Below are positions 33,001-35,902 of a DNA stretch of 35,902 nt, piece after piece (position 1 is the first letter of the stretch; each line of letters begins with the position of its first letter). The stretch is taken from contig MU271647.1 of the NCBI GenBank assembly GCA_021432655.1, forward strand, positions 1 to 35,902, given 5' to 3'. Under the pieces are notes generated by a model. That model saw only the letters and a list, made by a program, of their open reading frames with translations. It was not told the DNA's origin and searched no databases. The position numbers were made by a program, and so were the translations under genes. The DNA is from Atractiella rhizophila (taxonomy: Eukaryota).

Positions 33001-33333
33001 GACCGGTTCTCGAAGTTCATCTGGGGGCAGACAATCGAACTCTGGACTGACTGCAGCGCCTTATGCGAGGTCCTCACGAGCGAGAAGGTATCAGCGGCAC
33101 ATTACAGGTGGCGGGAGGTGGTGTTAGCATACGATATTCGGAAGATTCACCACAAGCCTGGCCGGAAGAACATCATACCAGATGCACTATCCCGCAGACC
33201 GGCAGACGGGGTTACTGACACCTTCGCATCTCCACCGATAGACTGGAACGAGGTGCTGAACCTGCACAGGAGGGGCGAGATGCCATTCATTCGAGGAATA
33301 GACCTGAGAAGGTATCTACTAAGGGTACTTTAG
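29980..33333 (+). CDS. Ty3/Gypsy pol: aspartic protease - reverse transcriptase - RNase H; integrase missing (truncated at 33314)
   Basis: ILDTGA and ILGKPWL (protease); WRLCIAYMRLN, LDFFSGF, KTAF, MPFGLRGAPATF, WMDD (RT); VDASAEGFGAVILQ, ELAG, WTDCSAL, HKPGRKNIIPDALSR (RNase H). The last codons come from the element A tip. Confidence 0.96.
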   Translation: MNDGSPHSLQPLLDPDTLLILPELRPPSPSPPPLSPSAYQLAPPPFRRRNRPNRTETLIPRSPPPMPERETPPHLRRSVRLSNEHTETVSTTEAKLAPTMLPEKKKIRPSKARDVGPLVPPSRPFVPKPLVIPRVHITPPSPSPSHLTIPDPASLHPIAPPEHNSPLDSSEPIDIVPEGTPVYDLNELQKKLGAKEKIFTSDEFRFGEDGRREKGTILDTGATRCFMDKAFYLLQEARFGPLTKAEHMVRIGDNRALPVDGTFVTRVRTLLSDVQVEFSVFDSRGCFPIILGKPWLRAAEANFFGKHDVLWLPSATHPARWEALTNSSVPPGKKRSSFPQTLQAYVQELEAERWQNTAGKTKEEEGVSSLLAHWHEEMGDEEGARRVVEMLTMKEADRRMEEEEEVPLFDFLLARGAAEPGEVDSRATHIPFLSLSSEDLPAELVQRVGELTETDMETAAASPLSKETLQCLLVGTEEEEMKEKGSERVAAILSAIQFGDSNRRNLEPGQLQQLKDLVTEYQDVFALGLDDMEPTTLVEHQIPLKSGAVPHLSTSSPPMTPPQRKWVYDKIEKLIQSKVVVPMTKEQVAASGWLARIKVAPKPAHDAPVNSLAEWRAKCDEGLRAVGLEPYFEGREEEEPAVESRNMEEGGEQRVGPLPPQSPVAGKASWRLCIAYMRLNDATEYVSFPTPDLEAKILKMAGKKIYSALDFFSGFFAVKVREEDIPKTAFQVEGKGFFAYRLMPFGLRGAPATFCTLMAKAFDGLVGDELETWMDDLIAGHGDFTHHIALLRTVFERCRAAKLYVSPRKTILGVSKVLFCGSVLSEVGVSSDPAKVDKIVHCPTPRTAHDALSFVHVAGYLRNFIPHFSKIAAPISGCCSKIAIPDSDRDREGKPKKGAQKRALLRTKVQWGEEQQKSFAVLKTLVTTQPILRPAIYDGRVFHIEVDASAEGFGAVILQDFDDPSPLDPSEIKPARHPLGYASKLTTDAEKKYSPMMLELAGCRWAFDRFSKFIWGQTIELWTDCSALCEVLTSEKVSAAHYRWREVVLAYDIRKIHHKPGRKNIIPDALSRRPADGVTDTFASPPIDWNEVLNLHRRGEMPFIRGIDLRRYLLRVL

Positions 33334-33375
33334 GGTTCAACCCTGGCTCTTTCAGGAATGAGATCCAGGCTGAAC
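33315..33375 (+). mobile_element. Displaced 60-bp terminal tip of element A (TCTACTAAGG...)
   Basis: Matches the reverse complement of 11501-11560 at 57/60 positions. Preceded by A (A|TC junction) inside pol. Confidence 0.9.
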
Positions 33376-33872
33376 TTAGCTCCTGGCCTGTTGAGGATCT
33401 GCATAGCCTGCGTTCGGGCAGCTAGCCTGGCGTCCGACATCGTTGCCATCGTCTCTGAGGCTGACGAGGAATCGGGGTTTATGAGTGGTGTTGTGCGTGC
33501 GGTGCGGGAGGAGGATGGGGAAGAAAGTTCACGCTCGATGAGGCCAATCTCCCACTCGTGGAAAAACCTGGCGTTTGGAGAGTGGTTGGAGAGGTCTGTA
33601 GCGCGTAGAGTCTTCAGGCCGCGTTCGAGATCCGCTCTGAATGGGTGCCTCTGTTGGGTGGATTGGGGAGTGGGGTTTCGTTCCGGTCTGGGTGTAAGAA
33701 ACAGTTCGTCCTCCGTTGCTTCTTCCTCGTCTGTCTCTCCTTCGTCTATCTGCCCTCGTTCTCCGACGGTCTTTTCTGCAGGTGTAAGTTCAGCTGGGGT
33801 GGACTGGACCGATTTCAGAAATCTGCCACCAGGTCCTCGAGAGGGTAGGCTCTTCTTGCTTCGTCGGGTCAC
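33376..33872 (-). pseudogene. Gypsy leader and gag N-terminus (…MATMSDARLAARTQAMQILNRPGA), left in original orientation
   Basis: Lies downstream of LTR and PBS on the minus strand. Joins in frame to 28735 (CCA GGA GCT AA|C ATT GAC = PGANID). Confidence 0.75.
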
Positions 33873-33948
33873 CTTGAAATCTTCCTGATCAGTTCGCGGG
33901 TAACAGGGTTGGTTTGTTGCTTGTGCAGTTTTGGGCTGCTCGTGTGTT

Positions 33949-33966
33949 CCGTCCGTCGAGGCACCA
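33949..33966 (-). promoter_or_regulatory. Putative primer-binding site TGGTGCCTCGACGG... (tRNA identity uncertain; TGGTGCC fits a His-type 3' end)
   Basis: TGG begins 2 nt after the LTR's terminal CA on the minus strand. Confidence 0.55.
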
Positions 33967-33968
33967 CT

Positions 33969-34245
33969 TGGAACACGTAGGGGTCTTCTCCTTGTTGCTT
34001 TTCGGCAAAACTCTATGTAGATTACTTTGGATTGGCTAGAACTACTCTCTGCAATACATGCGGAAGTCTTTTATAAGAAATCTAAACAAGAGACAACAAC
34101 TGAGAGACTTGATCTATCTAGAAATAGAGAACCAAGAGGAGGGCCGGGCAACAACAAGAGGTTGAAAGGGAATAGAGGGGATCAGAGCGGGAACGTGCGA
34201 AGACCACGCGATGGTGCCGCCCCCGGAAGAGGTCTAAGGGTTGCA
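33969..34245 (-). mobile_element. 5' LTR (~277 bp) of the Gypsy element
   Basis: Minus-strand termini TGCAAC...GTTCCA (imperfect inverted repeat), TATAAAAG at ~34070, followed by a PBS. Transposase coding sequence resumes exactly at 34246. Confidence 0.75.
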
Positions 34246-35902
34246 CCGTCATTGAAGAAGTAGCTTTGAACTGGAGTCGGCAGGCTGCAAGCTTCCAGAA
34301 GGCATCAGAGTACATTTGAATTGTACTCTTCTCCTGTTAATCTGCAAACGAAGTGCCTGTTGCTGAAGTAAAGGTCTGTGACGTTCGAGATTGGAAGACA
34401 TTCGTAGGCAGAGGAACTGGTGGTGGTTGTGCTTCCACATCCATACTTGCGGAAGATGGGGACTGGTTCGATTTTATAAAGTTCCAAAAAGAAGGTAGCG
34501 GAGGTGGCTTGATATCTGGCTCCAAAAGTTCTCGATTTAGATGAGGGTGTTTGGAGGAGATGGCAAGCGTAGTAGTGGCATCATCCTCACTATCCAATTG
34601 GGTTGCCGTGCGCTTTTCTGGCAAGCAAGATGAACTGATCGCAGAATGTTGTAAAGGAGTGTTCTCAGGTTTCTATAACAGCTCAATATGAATATATTCT
34701 CATGTTGAGAAGAGTGGGAAAGAGAAGACTTACAGCCTTCGGAAACACCTCCATTTCAACATCAGAGTCCACAGGAAGCTCAGCATTCATGACAACCGTT
34801 CCATTCATAACAGCCATAACAATCACTTCGGGGTGTTCAATATCATCTGGTTTGAGAGTTTGAAGAAGCTCCTTTCACTTCGCTTTATAGCGATCTAGGT
34901 CAACTCCTGTAAATCTAAACTCATGGAATATCAATAAATGTACTACTCCCAGTAGCATATACAGAAAACATACTGCTTTTCACGCTTGACCAATCCAAAC
35001 TCGTGCTTCGAAAAGACGTCCAGCAGTTTAGGCTGGCTTGAAGAGTATAAGATTTCTTCCAGGCGAAGATTCCGATCCACAAGAAAGATGTGGTGGGTAC
35101 CAGCCTCAATAACCTTCTTCCGAAATGCTCGTGATGGTGAGTCAGCTGGCTGAGAGCGGTTCTTAATTTTGACAAGGAGGTTTTTACGTAAGAAGATATC
35201 GGGAAGGACACTCAGAACAGTTGTAAGAGAAGAAGCCGATCCACGAAATGGCTCGCCAGCTGCATTATGCCAGTTTTCATTATTTGATGTTGTAAACGGG
35301 AGTTGCTGATGCTTTGGAATAAGGCATCCCTTCGCAATGTGGCCTTTTTGAAGCTCGAATGTGGCACAGCACTTGTTCCAAAGATCAGGATTCTTCTTGA
35401 ACTTGTCTTCAACTTTCGTAAGCCGCTCCAAGCTTTCTTCAACTGAATAATACTCAGCAACCCCACCGTGCAAGTCTGCCTTCTTCTTCAAGATTGCGTC
35501 TCGAAATGCCACAACGAAATCTGCTCGTTGCCGGATTGATATGAGGAATTGTTTCAAAGACACGCATTTCGAGATGAGCTAGATCCTGACCAATCCAGAG
35601 TTCGGGCACATAGAGAAGGATACTGTTCCTATGTTGACAGCAGAGGTCAACACATGCCTGCCCGCTACCTTCAAAGTCGACTCCAAGGAGCCGTGCACGT
35701 TGAGCAAAATCTTGAAGCGGTGGACCCATCTCGAGCGGTGAGTTTCCAACAAGAAATTCCTGGATTGTTATCATTAGGCCTTGAATTTACAGATGATGGC
35801 AACCTTATAACTTACGTATCCCACAAGTTCTCGGTCCTCATTTACCATCGTCAACAATCCTCCACCAAAAATATTTGTAACTTGTACTTTTTGACGACCA
35901 CC
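34246..35902 (-). pseudogene. DDE transposase relic (Dada-like / D-x-x-H class), intron-containing, runs off the window; interrupted by the Gypsy element
   Basis: Spliced translation GGGLLTMVNEDRELVGY|EFL ... VDLCC ... QDLAHL ... DAILKK ... HIAKGCL ... TSNNENWH gives a second Asp, a DxxH motif and a catalytic Glu-like motif. Frameshift at ~35530 and stops downstream. Superfamily assignment is from memory. Confidence 0.6.

Noticed and set aside
33358..33888. 176-aa plus-strand ORF as the missing integrase
   Set aside because: No HHCC or DDE motifs. It is the antisense shadow of the gag leader.

Overview
Left chromosome end of a fungus, most likely a basidiomycete (inferred from short GT-AG introns, the F-box/LRR gene and the Gypsy and transposase families). 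It starts with a (TAACCC)n telomere. The next ~9 kb hold decayed, intron-containing copies of housekeeping genes: an RS/K-rich conserved protein, serine hydroxymethyltransferase and a formin-type GTPase-binding-domain protein. Most of the rest is nested mobile DNA. One unclassified modular element ('element A') occurs three times (9108-11560, 21698-23613, 26584-28734). It has a Helitron-like TCTACTA tip, a ~63-bp palindromic array and two oppositely oriented 67-bp palindromic arrays around an AT-rich spacer, and it leads into the ATG of a degraded SNF2-like ATPase gene. Also present: a small element bounded by 108-bp direct repeats, a solo LTR with a target-site duplication, a Copia 3' end, and one apparently intact F-box/LRR gene. 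A Gypsy element (WMDD reverse transcriptase, -1 frameshift signal) is inserted into a Dada-like DDE transposase relic and was later split by a ~4.6-kb inversion that can be reconstructed from the sequence. All calls are by eye; no database searches were run.
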